Positions 1 through 9,257 of a DNA stretch of 64,000 bases are shown piece by piece; position 1 is the stretch's first letter; every line of letters starts with the position of its first letter. Location: positions 1 through 64,000 of IMG/VR virus record IMGVR_UViG_3300027708_000029; one strand, given 5' to 3'. The DNA is from a virus. Its lineage: Duplodnaviria; Caudoviricetes. The notes under the pieces are model-generated. The model was given only the letters and a program-made list of their open reading frames with translations. It did not search any database and was not told the origin of the DNA. Made by a program: the position numbers and the translations under genes.

Positions 1-1
1 A

Positions 2-3000
2 ACAAAAATTTCTAAAATTTATAATGGATTCTCTCCTGCTGAAGACTTTACCGAGTTCAAAGACTTTTTTGAAAAACCAGATGGGGTAGATTCAGCAAAG
101 CCATTTATTATTTTAGCTCAAACTAGTAAAAATATACTAAGAGACAGAATAGATGCTCTTGGTTCTGATCTAGGAAAGAGAAAATTTGGTGTGAAAGATG
201 ATGATCTTATTCCTTTTAATACATCAGATAATAAAGGAACAAAAAAGTTTCCATGGATGATTAATGAGTCACTAAGTAATTTAGGTAAAGAATTTGAGAC
301 TAAACAAAAAGAAGCATTAGTAGAAGAATTTAATAATGGTCTTATAAAAACATCTATTATTCAAAAGGTTGGGGCAAAATTAAGTTGGCCTTTTGATAAT
401 GGCAAGCCGTTTGATCTATCATTTGATGCTATGTACACAAAATATCAAGGACCAACATTTGATAAGGCGACTAATTCTTTTGATGAAACTAAACCTATTG
501 ATGTTCTTATTCCAGAAAAGGGAGACACTCGATTAAGTCTTTATAAGCAACTTAGTACAGATAATAGAAGATTTATTTTAGGGCCAAACGATAATGAAAA
601 TGACTGGAATTTAGTTAGACAAAAAGCAGCAGAAAATTATATTGCTGGAATTAAAAATAAATTAGCTCAACCAGAATTAGATGTACTAGCCGATAAAGTA
701 AAAAAAGATAGTCCTCCTATAAGATTTGGTAACAGGAGCACTTTAAATTTACTTCCATCAGATCAGTCTGGTGATCTAGGGATGGGGAAATATGTTTTTA
801 CTGGAAACAGCAGTACAGGAGGAGAGTTTTCAATTGGTTCATATTTAGTTGAGGCTATTGATCAACATTTTGAGAAAAATCAAGAAATTGCTAAAAATGC
901 TGTAGGAGGTATTGATCAGCCAAATCAACTAGGAGACGTTATTGGAGATAATGATATTTCTGGTGCTCTCCGAACTCTTGCAAAAGGTGCTCTATCAGTT
1001 TTTGGTCGCAGACCCATTCCTGGTTTCCGTAATGGTTGGCTATATCAAAGATTGCGTGGTGTGAGAAATATATTTGGATCAGGAAAGCGTGGTCAAGGAG
1101 GTATCAGAGATGGTGGCGTAGCTAAAAATATTTCATCTTTTATAGCCGGTATATTTAATGGTGCTGGTGGGGATGTTAGTAATTTATTCCAGTTGGCTAG
1201 AAATCCTTCTCAATATCAAAATCTTCAAGAAACAGCATTATTAATGTCTGGTGCTTGGAGTGCTTTTAGTGGTTTAGCCGGAGGAAATACAAAATTTATT
1301 AAGAGTTTGATGAAAGATGGAGATAATAGTAATTTCCAAGATTTGTTTAGGTCTTTAGGAGCATCAGCAAAATTCCAAGAAGCTGCCTCAAGAGAACTAT
1401 CTCCAGATTTCAGAGCCCAAATGGGACAAATGCTACAAGGTTCCAAAATTAGAAAAATTGGAGCAAATGGATCATTGACATATGAAGATTTTACAGATCA
1501 AGTACCAAAAGACTATGCTGGCTTAGTTGATCTTGCTCTTAATCCATATAATGAATTTAGTAATATTGGTGTTCGTCATCAATTAATTGAAAAATTAAGA
1601 ACGGATATTCTTAATGGTAAAGATAGTAGAGGAATGCCATTTTATGATCCTAGAACATCTGGATATATAAATAATAATCTTTTATCATTACAAAGATGGT
1701 ATGGTGGTGATGGTAGAGCATGGCCGGGACAGGACTCTTTCTTTGACACTAATCTATTAGAAGAAGATAGAAAAAAATCTTTTATAGAAGCTTATAAGAA
1801 TAATGCTAATGCTGATATCTATCATGATGCTGAATTAGCTAATACTCAATTAGGAATAAAATCAAGATATGGTAATCTACCACAAACTTCTTGGTTTGAA
1901 GATCGATCAATAGCTACTCCACAAAATAGGGCTACTGGTGGTTTAATATATGCATCTAATGGATCATTAATTAATTTTACTCCAAGAGGTACTGATACTG
2001 TACCTGCAATGCTTACTCCGGGAGAATTTGTTGTTAATCGAGCAGCCACCCAAGCTAATTTGCCTTTATTACAGAGTATTAATAGAAATAAAGGTGGATC
2101 AGTTAATTATTATGCTACTGGTGGACTAGCAGCTGGTGGTGGTACTGGATATTCATCAGAACTACCAAGAAATATTAGAGATATTAAAACAGATACTAAG
2201 ATTTTAAAGAATGACAATAAAGAAATTTTAAAATCTAACAAAAAATTATTAGATTCGTTAGGACCAGATAAATACATGAGTCAAGGTGGTACTGTTTATG
2301 CTTCTAATGGTAAATTAATCAATTTCCAACCTCGCGGAACTGATACTGTTCCCGCCATGTTAACTCCCGGCGAATTTGTAGTTAATGCACAAGCCACAAA
2401 AAATAATCTTCCACTACTTCAAACTATTAATAGCGGAGCAATGAGCAAGGGTGGTATTGCTTACTTGCAGATGGGTGGTCTGCCACATGAGAATACTCCT
2501 TCTATGCATAGACTAAATGAAAAATATGCTCAAGAGTATATGAAATATAGAGAAGGAACTAAGCACTATCATACAAGATCTTTTGATGATGATTTGATGG
2601 AATGGTTAACAGAAAAATATCCTGGAGTTATTAAAAGTCAAATAAGAGCTGAAAGAATTAAAAATATTGCAAAGTCTTTAGAAGAGAGGGTGGTAGAAAA
2701 AGAAAAGACTCTTAAAGCTGATAAAATTACAGACAGAAAAGGAACATCTTCAACTTATGGTAAAATTGTTGGTTTTAATCAGCATTTTCCTGGTAAAGTT
2801 GCTATATTAAAAGCATTTGATCAAGATAAAAAATTAGTAAGAGAAGAAGATCTTAAGTATGTTGATAGTGTTGATTCTGGTGGTGGATTTGGAGCAGATC
2901 TTATTCCTACAAAGGATGCTCCAGGATACAAAGACAAACCCAGACACTTAATTCGTGTTCCAATACGAACACTTAGCGAAGATTCCAAAACACTTATAGA

Positions 3001-6000
3001 AAATTCACGAGCCCAAACTGGTTATTTTGGATCAGATTACGGCAAGGTAGCAAATGGAGCGTTTATAACTTGGACAAATCGTCGTGGAACTCATAAAACC
3101 GATGGTGTTCTAAAATCATTTGATAAAAATACACAAATAGCCAGAATTTTAAAAGATAATAATAGATATACAAGTATTAAATTATCAGATTTATCCGAAA
3201 TAGATGAAGATGCAGTATTAAATGCTTATAATCTTAATAAGGGTGGAATGATTTATGCTCAAGATGGATTTGATCCATCAAAAGCAAGAGCTCCCAGTTC
3301 TGATGTGCGAAAAGCTAAAAGAAATGAGTATTTACAAAGACAAATAGAGAGAGAAGAAGCAAAAGAATTTAATAAATTAGGTATTAACTATAATAATAGT
3401 ACCACCACACAAGATATAATAAAAGCTTTGAAGCAACAAAGAAATTTCCAAGAAAAAAATGACTACTATTTACGTCAATTTATTTCAGACGAATCATTAG
3501 GATTAAGACTAAAAAGATTTCCAAAAATTAGCAAAGCAATTGAAACTATAAAAGAACAATCGACTATAAATCCATTTGATCCTCCAAAAATAGATCCTCT
3601 TAATCCTGCCAAACCATCTACAGTTGATGAGCCAAGAGTATATTATAATGGGGTGGAACAGCAAGCAAAAGGTAAACCTTACTCTAGCGGTGGTGTGGTT
3701 TATGCTCAAGATGGATTTGATCCATCAAGACCATTAGGGCTCGGTGCTTATCGTCATGGAAAAGGACCTTATTCAACACTACCCCAACAGCCTATTACGA
3801 ATTTTGACAGTGAGAAGTTGGCCGGAGAAGGCAAAGCTGCTTTATACGGAGCTGCTAAATCAATACTTCCAGGTTTAGCTGGTTTGGGTGCTGGAGTTTT
3901 AGGTTTACCCACCACAGGTCCTGGTGGATTTGCTATTGGTTTAGGAGCAGGGACCGCAGTATATCAAGCTCAAGAAAATCTTTTGAATGCTTTAGCTCCA
4001 GAAACAAATAAAAATATTAAAGATACTATGGAAGAACATTGGCAGGCTTCGTTATTCGGGTCTGTAGTTGCTGGTTTTGGTGCCGACAAGATAGGTCGTA
4101 ATCTACTTTCTTCTTCTGTCAAAAATACTTCAAGAATCCCAATTCTTAAAACTGGTAATGGTTCTGTAAGACCAGATATGAAAAGTCCTGGTCAAGAAGC
4201 TATGGAAGAATTCTTCTTAAGAAGTAGACCATCAGCAAGTGCTCCATTAGATGTACCAAAATCTTCTAAAACTGTGCCTCTTTTTCATGCTAGTAATACT
4301 GGTTTAGAAGACTCTATTTTAAAAAGTTTTCAAAAAGAAGGAGGCAAAAGTGGAATATCTAAAGGATATGGACAAGGAGCTGGCTTATACACCTACACTA
4401 GTAGGGAAGCAGCTGAAAAACATGCCAGATCTATTATGCAAGGAAGTGCGATTACAGGAGCAGATACTCGTGGCAAACCAATGATTGTTAAATTTGATGA
4501 AATATTAGATTCATCAAGATTTGATCTTGATTATGAGCTAAATAAATCATATGTGGCTCGTTGGTTACATGATAATTTTGATCAAGTACAATCAGTATTA
4601 TCTGATATGAAATACTCCCCATTATTAAAGAAACTAGAATTACAAGATCCATCTGGTAAAACTTTAAGGGGTGTTCAAACACAAACATTTGCTAGTCCAA
4701 ATAGTGGAGGGGCAGGTCTTGCAGATAGTTGGCTAATGCAACAGCAGACCAGACTACCAAGCAGGCGAGCAATATATGATAGTATAGATTCAGTCACAAG
4801 AGATGGTGAAGTTCTATCCCAAATTATGAAGTTTATAGGAAAAAGAAATCCAGAGATGCTTCAGAAATTTAGAGAAGGATTTTTTGAAACTATGCCACCT
4901 GGATCAGCTATTAAATATATTGGTTCAGACAATTTAGTCCCTAGTAATATTGATGTATTAGCTAAGGCTAGAGGTGGGGTGGTTTATGCTAATAATGGAA
5001 TGTTAATTCCTTATCAGCCAAGAGGCACAGACACTGTACCAGCCATGCTCACACCCGGAGAATTTGTTGTTAATCGTCAGGCCACCCAAGCAAATCTACC
5101 ATTATTACATTCCATCAATAACGGATCAGCCCCATCTGATCCTAATCATTTTGCTAATGGAGGATTAGTAGGACTATTAAGAAATAAAAATATTAATAGA
5201 TCAGAAATATTAGCAAGACAAGCAGATGCTGAGGGTATTTGGTTAGCAGTAGATAAGAAAGGACATCCATATAAAAAAGATTTCTGGACAGTTGATGACG
5301 ATAATTTAATGAATATTAGACAAAAAGATTTAATTATGGTCAAAGGAATTGGCTCTAAAAAAGGAGCTATAGCACAAGTTCTCAAAGACTATCAGATGGA
5401 TTTGATAAACTCTGGAGGTAGTGTAGATAGAGCTTCAGTTTTCTTAAGAAAAATGAGAGCACAATCAGTAACCAAAAGTAAAGAAGATCTTGTTTTAGAT
5501 GAATTAGCTTATCAAATTCAAGCTAAACCTGAAAGATTCAAAAAAGAAGCATATAGTAGTGAGAATGATATTGCTATAGACACTAAAGCAAAAACAATAA
5601 TTGATTTAATAACTGCGGTTAATCCCGTTAATCCCGTTAATCGGCAAGGAATAAGTCAGGCTATCGCTCAAAGAGAATACGGAAAATCTTCAGAAAGATT
5701 TGAATATCTACGTCAAGTAATAAATAATACTGAAGATGGCATAAAGATTTTAACTAATTATGATTTTGCAAAATCGAAGATGTCTCAGGGAACAAAAGCA
5801 ATATTTTTAGAGGAAGATATCGCTGGAAAAGATTTAGACAAAGAAAAATATGGTATTTCTGATATGGGAGGTCAAGGCAAAGAAGCTCCTCGTCTAATTT
5901 TAAAACAACAAAACGAATGGGCTAAAAAAGAACAAACCTATATTAATAATGTTTGGCAAAAAGTAAAGACAGCACTTAGAATACCAGATGGGATGTTATT

Positions 6001-9000
6001 AAATACCAATAATAATATTGCTTATGATGAAACTACTTTGATTCCTACTAAATTTAATAGAGGTGGTGTGGTTTATGCTCATGATGGATTTGATCCATCA
6101 AAACAAAAAATGCCTACTTTATTTGATTTGCCTCAAGATTTTAGACAAACTCAGAAACCTTATAAGCCAGATGTTAAGCCAAAACCAGGATTAGCTGGAG
6201 CATCAATAGGAGCACCAGGAACAGTCAGTCCTACCCAGCAGCAAGCTATTGATAAGAAGGTTAGGGAACAGACACCTCAAGACATTCCCTATTGGTTTGG
6301 AACAAGAAAAGAATCACAAACTGAAAGACAACATAGAGTAATTCAGTCTTCTTTGGACGAAGGTACACCTGAATGGTATAAAAATGCTGGAATAGCTTGG
6401 CAAATGGTTGAAGATTTAGGATCAGGTCTAGCTGTAAAGCCTAATAATCCTAGACTACTATATAGTCCTAGAGGAATAAAAACACCAATAACAAAATCTC
6501 CATTTTCAATACCCGTTCCCGATTATGGAAGACAACAACCACCAGTAGTACCAAAATCAAAAACTCCGCTGCCTACGCCTAAACAACCAGTAGTATCACC
6601 AACTCCACGACCAGAAAAAGTTTCTTTGGGTTTTGAATATTTGGGTACTCGCGGTGCTGCTAATCCAAAAGCTGGAGGAGTCAAAGGAACCGGTCTTACC
6701 TCAACTGATACACAAGCTACGGCACAAGTATTTGACCCAAGTAAAACTATGTCTCAAAGTCGAACATTGGCAGAATATCAAAAATCTCTAAAAGATGCTA
6801 GAGATGCCGAATTCAAAAGATTAGATAAACTACAAGCCCAATGGGCCAAAGAACAACTTATAGAATATCAAAGACAAGAAAAAGAAGGTACTCTTAAACC
6901 AGATTATCAACAGAGAAGCTTAAAAGAAAGAGCAGCTGAATTTGCTAGACTCAGAGCAGAAGGCCATAAACAAAGAGTAGAGGCAGACCATATCTCGGCT
7001 CAGAATTCATCCAAATTTGACTTTGATGCCAAGAGAACAGGTGATTTTAGTTCAGGATCTTTTATAAAATCTCAAGCTAAACCAACTTTTTCTAAATTTA
7101 TTCCAACAAAAGATTTTGATATTGATTCGATACAGAGACTTATGCAATATCCTCAACCAGTTTTTGATAGTTTAGTTGAAAGAGTATATCAACTAACTGG
7201 AACATCTGGTGAATTACCAAAAACATTTAATCGTACTAATTTATTGTTTGGAGATCAAGAGATTGGTATTACTGGAATAGGAGCAGCTGCTCCTGGTATT
7301 AAGCAGGAGCCTATTGGTCGTATGGGGTTTAGGGATACTATTGGTAGAGAAAATATAAAGAACGCATTAATAGAAGTACTATTAAGTAATTTCCGTTCAG
7401 AAATAGATAAATTTCAACCTGTTAATCTTGGACCAGTGGATGAAATGAATGCCAGAGAATACAAAGATAGAGGTTTAATTGGAAGCGCTGAACAAAAAGT
7501 TGGAGGAATATATGGTACCAGAGTCGAAGGAACTGGTAATTTCTATCACCCAGAAAGCAATTCTGCTGCTGCTAAATTTTTGTCTACACATACTAATTTT
7601 AATTTAACTCAAGCAGATACTGATCCAAAACTAGCACAATCTAGAGGTGGATTCTTAATAGAAACAGCTCGTGGAGTATTAGAACGTGCTCAACAAGAAG
7701 TTATGACCAAGCTTCAACAAGCTGTCCTTGCTCAACAAAATAAACCACAAACTCCAGACGTTCATGGAGCTCCAGCCAGTAATAAAATTCGCATTATAAG
7801 TCCAGAAAATTCAAATTCAAATACAGTTAATTCAGAAGTATTAGGAGAGTACGGAGAGATAATTGCTTTTTATGAAGATCCAAAAACTGGATCTGCTAAC
7901 CAAGCATGGGGAAGAGTTTCTGCAAAACCGATAGATAAAAAAACCTATAAAATAGAAACATCATTAGCTAAAAAAGGACATGGAGAAAGTTTATATCATG
8001 CTATTATAGAGTATATCACTAAAATAGGTGGTTCTGTAATACCTGATTATCCTGAAACTCAATCTCCAGATGCTAAAAAATTATGGAAAAAATTAGAAAA
8101 ACATCCTGATATTAGTGGTGATCGTGAAAATGGTTATACTAAAAAACCAAGTCTTATAACAGATCCTACTAGAGTGGGGCCTGGTGTTAGTGAAAACTAT
8201 ATTAGAAGACCAACAAATTTCGATGAAATCCATCAACAAGGCTATGGTGATTTAGTTAAGCCCGTAAGTCCAACACCGGTCACACCAATACCATCCCCCA
8301 GAGCAAAAGCATTTATTCAATCTAAATCTCGGGGTGGTGTGGTTTATGCTAGTAGTGGAGCATTGATTCCTTATGAACCAAGAGGCACGGATACTGTTCC
8401 AGCAATGTTAACTCCTGGTGAATTTGTGATCAATAGAGCTGCTACTCAAAAAAATCTTCCCTTATTAAAAAGTATTAATAGTGGTGGCAGTAATTACAGC
8501 TCTGGAGGTGTGGTTTATGCAGAAGATGGTACTTTTATACCATGGCGTAATAAATACTCTCAAATGCAAGGAGAGAAAGAAAATGCATATCGTAAAGAAC
8601 AAGAAAGAAAAGTCCAAGCCTATAAAGAAGAACAAGCTCGTAGAGCAAATGAATATCAAAATAGAGGTTCTGTAAGACCTTCCTCTCCAACAGCACCTCC
8701 TCAACAACAAAATCAACAACAAAATCAATATCAAATGAGCCCACAAACGAGCCAAAGAGTTAATATGGCCGCTCAGGCAGCATTTGATCCTAAAAATTCT
8801 GGAGATGTTAATAAACAACTAACAATATTTGGTACATTATTAACTGGAACTAATCAAGTTTTAACACAATTTGGTGCTACTTTAGAAAATATGATTAAAG
8901 GTATGGGAGCAAGTCCAGTTGGTGGTGGTGTAAATAATGGTAGTGCAGGACAACAAGGTAGCCAAAATCAGAATAAAAATGGCCCATTAGATGGATTAAG

Positions 9001-9226
9001 TGATTTTACAACAAAATTTGGAGAATTTATCGGTCAATTACAGAAAATAAACTTACCACCAGTTATCAATGTTATGGGTAATCATAAAGTTGAGGTAATA
9101 TTTAATGGGGCAGAAATATTGAGAGAATTACAACCTGAAATTTCTAAATTAGTAGTTGCTCAGGTTGGCGGAGCAATGAAGTCGATTAGTGATCAATCAG
9201 AAGGTGCATTTAAATATCAAGTCTAA
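2..9226 (+). CDS. Tape-measure-like giant virion polyprotein with repeated GG-x-x-YA / GTDTVPAMLTPGEFV modules and inserted cargo domains (5'-partial)
   Basis: The frame is open from nt 2 through the GTG called at 191, so the start lies upstream of the window. Four copies of a module resembling the C-terminal ...GEFV... module of tape measure proteins; lies directly upstream of tail genes. Confidence 0.75.
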   Translation, partial: TKISKIYNGFSPAEDFTEFKDFFEKPDGVDSAKPFIILAQTSKNILRDRIDALGSDLGKRKFGVKDDDLIPFNTSDNKGTKKFPWMINESLSNLGKEFETKQKEALVEEFNNGLIKTSIIQKVGAKLSWPFDNGKPFDLSFDAMYTKYQGPTFDKATNSFDETKPIDVLIPEKGDTRLSLYKQLSTDNRRFILGPNDNENDWNLVRQKAAENYIAGIKNKLAQPELDVLADKVKKDSPPIRFGNRSTLNLLPSDQSGDLGMGKYVFTGNSSTGGEFSIGSYLVEAIDQHFEKNQEIAKNAVGGIDQPNQLGDVIGDNDISGALRTLAKGALSVFGRRPIPGFRNGWLYQRLRGVRNIFGSGKRGQGGIRDGGVAKNISSFIAGIFNGAGGDVSNLFQLARNPSQYQNLQETALLMSGAWSAFSGLAGGNTKFIKSLMKDGDNSNFQDLFRSLGASAKFQEAASRELSPDFRAQMGQMLQGSKIRKIGANGSLTYEDFTDQVPKDYAGLVDLALNPYNEFSNIGVRHQLIEKLRTDILNGKDSRGMPFYDPRTSGYINNNLLSLQRWYGGDGRAWPGQDSFFDTNLLEEDRKKSFIEAYKNNANADIYHDAELANTQLGIKSRYGNLPQTSWFEDRSIATPQNRATGGLIYASNGSLINFTPRGTDTVPAMLTPGEFVVNRAATQANLPLLQSINRNKGGSVNYYATGGLAAGGGTGYSSELPRNIRDIKTDTKILKNDNKEILKSNKKLLDSLGPDKYMSQGGTVYASNGKLINFQPRGTDTVPAMLTPGEFVVNAQATKNNLPLLQTINSGAMSKGGIAYLQMGGLPHENTPSMHRLNEKYAQEYMKYREGTKHYHTRSFDDDLMEWLTEKYPGVIKSQIRAERIKNIAKSLEERVVEKEKTLKADKITDRKGTSSTYGKIVGFNQHFPGKVAILKAFDQDKKLVREEDLKYVDSVDSGGGFGADLIPTKDAPGYKDKPRHLIRVPIRTLSEDSKTLIENSRAQTGYFGSDYGKVANGAFITWTNRRGTHKTDGVLKSFDKNTQIARILKDNNRYTSIKLSDLSEIDEDAVLNAYNLNKGGMIYAQDGFDPSKARAPSSDVRKAKRNEYLQRQIEREEAKEFNKLGINYNNSTTTQDIIKALKQQRNFQEKNDYYLRQFISDESLGLRLKRFPKISKAIETIKEQSTINPFDPPKIDPLNPAKPSTVDEPRVYYNGVEQQAKGKPYSSGGVVYAQDGFDPSRPLGLGAYRHGKGPYSTLPQQPITNFDSEKLAGEGKAALYGAAKSILPGLAGLGAGVLGLPTTGPGGFAIGLGAGTAVYQAQENLLNALAPETNKNIKDTMEEHWQASLFGSVVAGFGADKIGRNLLSSSVKNTSRIPILKTGNGSVRPDMKSPGQEAMEEFFLRSRPSASAPLDVPKSSKTVPLFHASNTGLEDSILKSFQKEGGKSGISKGYGQGAGLYTYTSREAAEKHARSIMQGSAITGADTRGKPMIVKFDEILDSSRFDLDYELNKSYVARWLHDNFDQVQSVLSDMKYSPLLKKLELQDPSGKTLRGVQTQTFASPNSGGAGLADSWLMQQQTRLPSRRAIYDSIDSVTRDGEVLSQIMKFIGKRNPEMLQKFREGFFETMPPGSAIKYIGSDNLVPSNIDVLAKARGGVVYANNGMLIPYQPRGTDTVPAMLTPGEFVVNRQATQANLPLLHSINNGSAPSDPNHFANGGLVGLLRNKNINRSEILARQADAEGIWLAVDKKGHPYKKDFWTVDDDNLMNIRQKDLIMVKGIGSKKGAIAQVLKDYQMDLINSGGSVDRASVFLRKMRAQSVTKSKEDLVLDELAYQIQAKPERFKKEAYSSENDIAIDTKAKTIIDLITAVNPVNPVNRQGISQAIAQREYGKSSERFEYLRQVINNTEDGIKILTNYDFAKSKMSQGTKAIFLEEDIAGKDLDKEKYGISDMGGQGKEAPRLILKQQNEWAKKEQTYINNVWQKVKTALRIPDGMLLNTNNNIAYDETTLIPTKFNRGGVVYAHDGFDPSKQKMPTLFDLPQDFRQTQKPYKPDVKPKPGLAGASIGAPGTVSPTQQQAIDKKVREQTPQDIPYWFGTRKESQTERQHRVIQSSLDEGTPEWYKNAGIAWQMVEDLGSGLAVKPNNPRLLYSPRGIKTPITKSPFSIPVPDYGRQQPPVVPKSKTPLPTPKQPVVSPTPRPEKVSLGFEYLGTRGAANPKAGGVKGTGLTSTDTQATAQVFDPSKTMSQSRTLAEYQKSLKDARDAEFKRLDKLQAQWAKEQLIEYQRQEKEGTLKPDYQQRSLKERAAEFARLRAEGHKQRVEADHISAQNSSKFDFDAKRTGDFSSGSFIKSQAKPTFSKFIPTKDFDIDSIQRLMQYPQPVFDSLVERVYQLTGTSGELPKTFNRTNLLFGDQEIGITGIGAAAPGIKQEPIGRMGFRDTIGRENIKNALIEVLLSNFRSEIDKFQPVNLGPVDEMNAREYKDRGLIGSAEQKVGGIYGTRVEGTGNFYHPESNSAAAKFLSTHTNFNLTQADTDPKLAQSRGGFLIETARGVLERAQQEVMTKLQQAVLAQQNKPQTPDVHGAPASNKIRIISPENSNSNTVNSEVLGEYGEIIAFYEDPKTGSANQAWGRVSAKPIDKKTYKIETSLAKKGHGESLYHAIIEYITKIGGSVIPDYPETQSPDAKKLWKKLEKHPDISGDRENGYTKKPSLITDPTRVGPGVSENYIRRPTNFDEIHQQGYGDLVKPVSPTPVTPIPSPRAKAFIQSKSRGGVVYASSGALIPYEPRGTDTVPAMLTPGEFVINRAATQKNLPLLKSINSGGSNYSSGGVVYAEDGTFIPWRNKYSQMQGEKENAYRKEQERKVQAYKEEQARRANEYQNRGSVRPSSPTAPPQQQNQQQNQYQMSPQTSQRVNMAAQAAFDPKNSGDVNKQLTIFGTLLTGTNQVLTQFGATLENMIKGMGASPVGGGVNNGSAGQQGSQNQNKNGPLDGLSDFTTKFGEFIGQLQKINLPPVINVMGNHKVEVIFNGAEILRELQPEISKLVVAQVGGAMKSISDQSEGAFKYQV
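1937..2083 (+). repeat. 49-aa module, copy 1 (GGLIYASNG...PRGTDTVPAMLTPGEFVVNRAATQANLPLLQSIN)
   Basis: Read directly from the translation; aligns without gaps to copies 2-4. Confidence 0.95.
2285..2431 (+). repeat. 49-aa module, copy 2
   Basis: GGTVYASNGKLINFQPRGTDTVPAMLTPGEFVVNAQATKNNLPLLQTIN. Confidence 0.95.
3242..3283 (+). repeat. 42-bp short module, copy 1 (GGMIYAQDGFDPSK)
   Basis: 38/42 nt identical to the copy at 6062. Confidence 0.9.
3689..3730 (+). repeat. 42-bp short module, copy 2 (GGVVYAQDGFDPSR)
   Basis: 40/42 nt identical to the copy at 6062. Confidence 0.9.
4973..5119 (+). repeat. 49-aa module, copy 3
   Basis: GGVVYANNGMLIPYQPRGTDTVPAMLTPGEFVVNRQATQANLPLLHSIN. Confidence 0.95.
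6062..6103 (+). repeat. 42-bp short module, copy 3 (GGVVYAHDGFDPSK)
   Basis: ggtggtgtggtttatgctcatgatggatttgatccatcaaaa. Confidence 0.9.
8333..8479 (+). repeat. 49-aa module, copy 4
   Basis: GGVVYASSGALIPYEPRGTDTVPAMLTPGEFVINRAATQKNLPLLKSIN, followed by a further GGVVYAEDG at 8504-8530. Confidence 0.95.
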
Positions 9227-9257
9227 GTCTAATAATTAATGCCATAAGGAGACCGTA

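Noticed and set aside
5618-5642. Short tandem repeats (gttaatccc here; also 8702-8728 and 14575-14601)
   Set aside because: In-frame slippage duplications of two to three copies with no evident function.
1937-8479. Repeats as a CRISPR array, DGR template/variable repeat pair or inteins
   Set aside because: They are in-frame coding modules with irregular spacing, differences are not adenine-specific, there is no reverse transcriptase in the window, and there are no Hint motifs.
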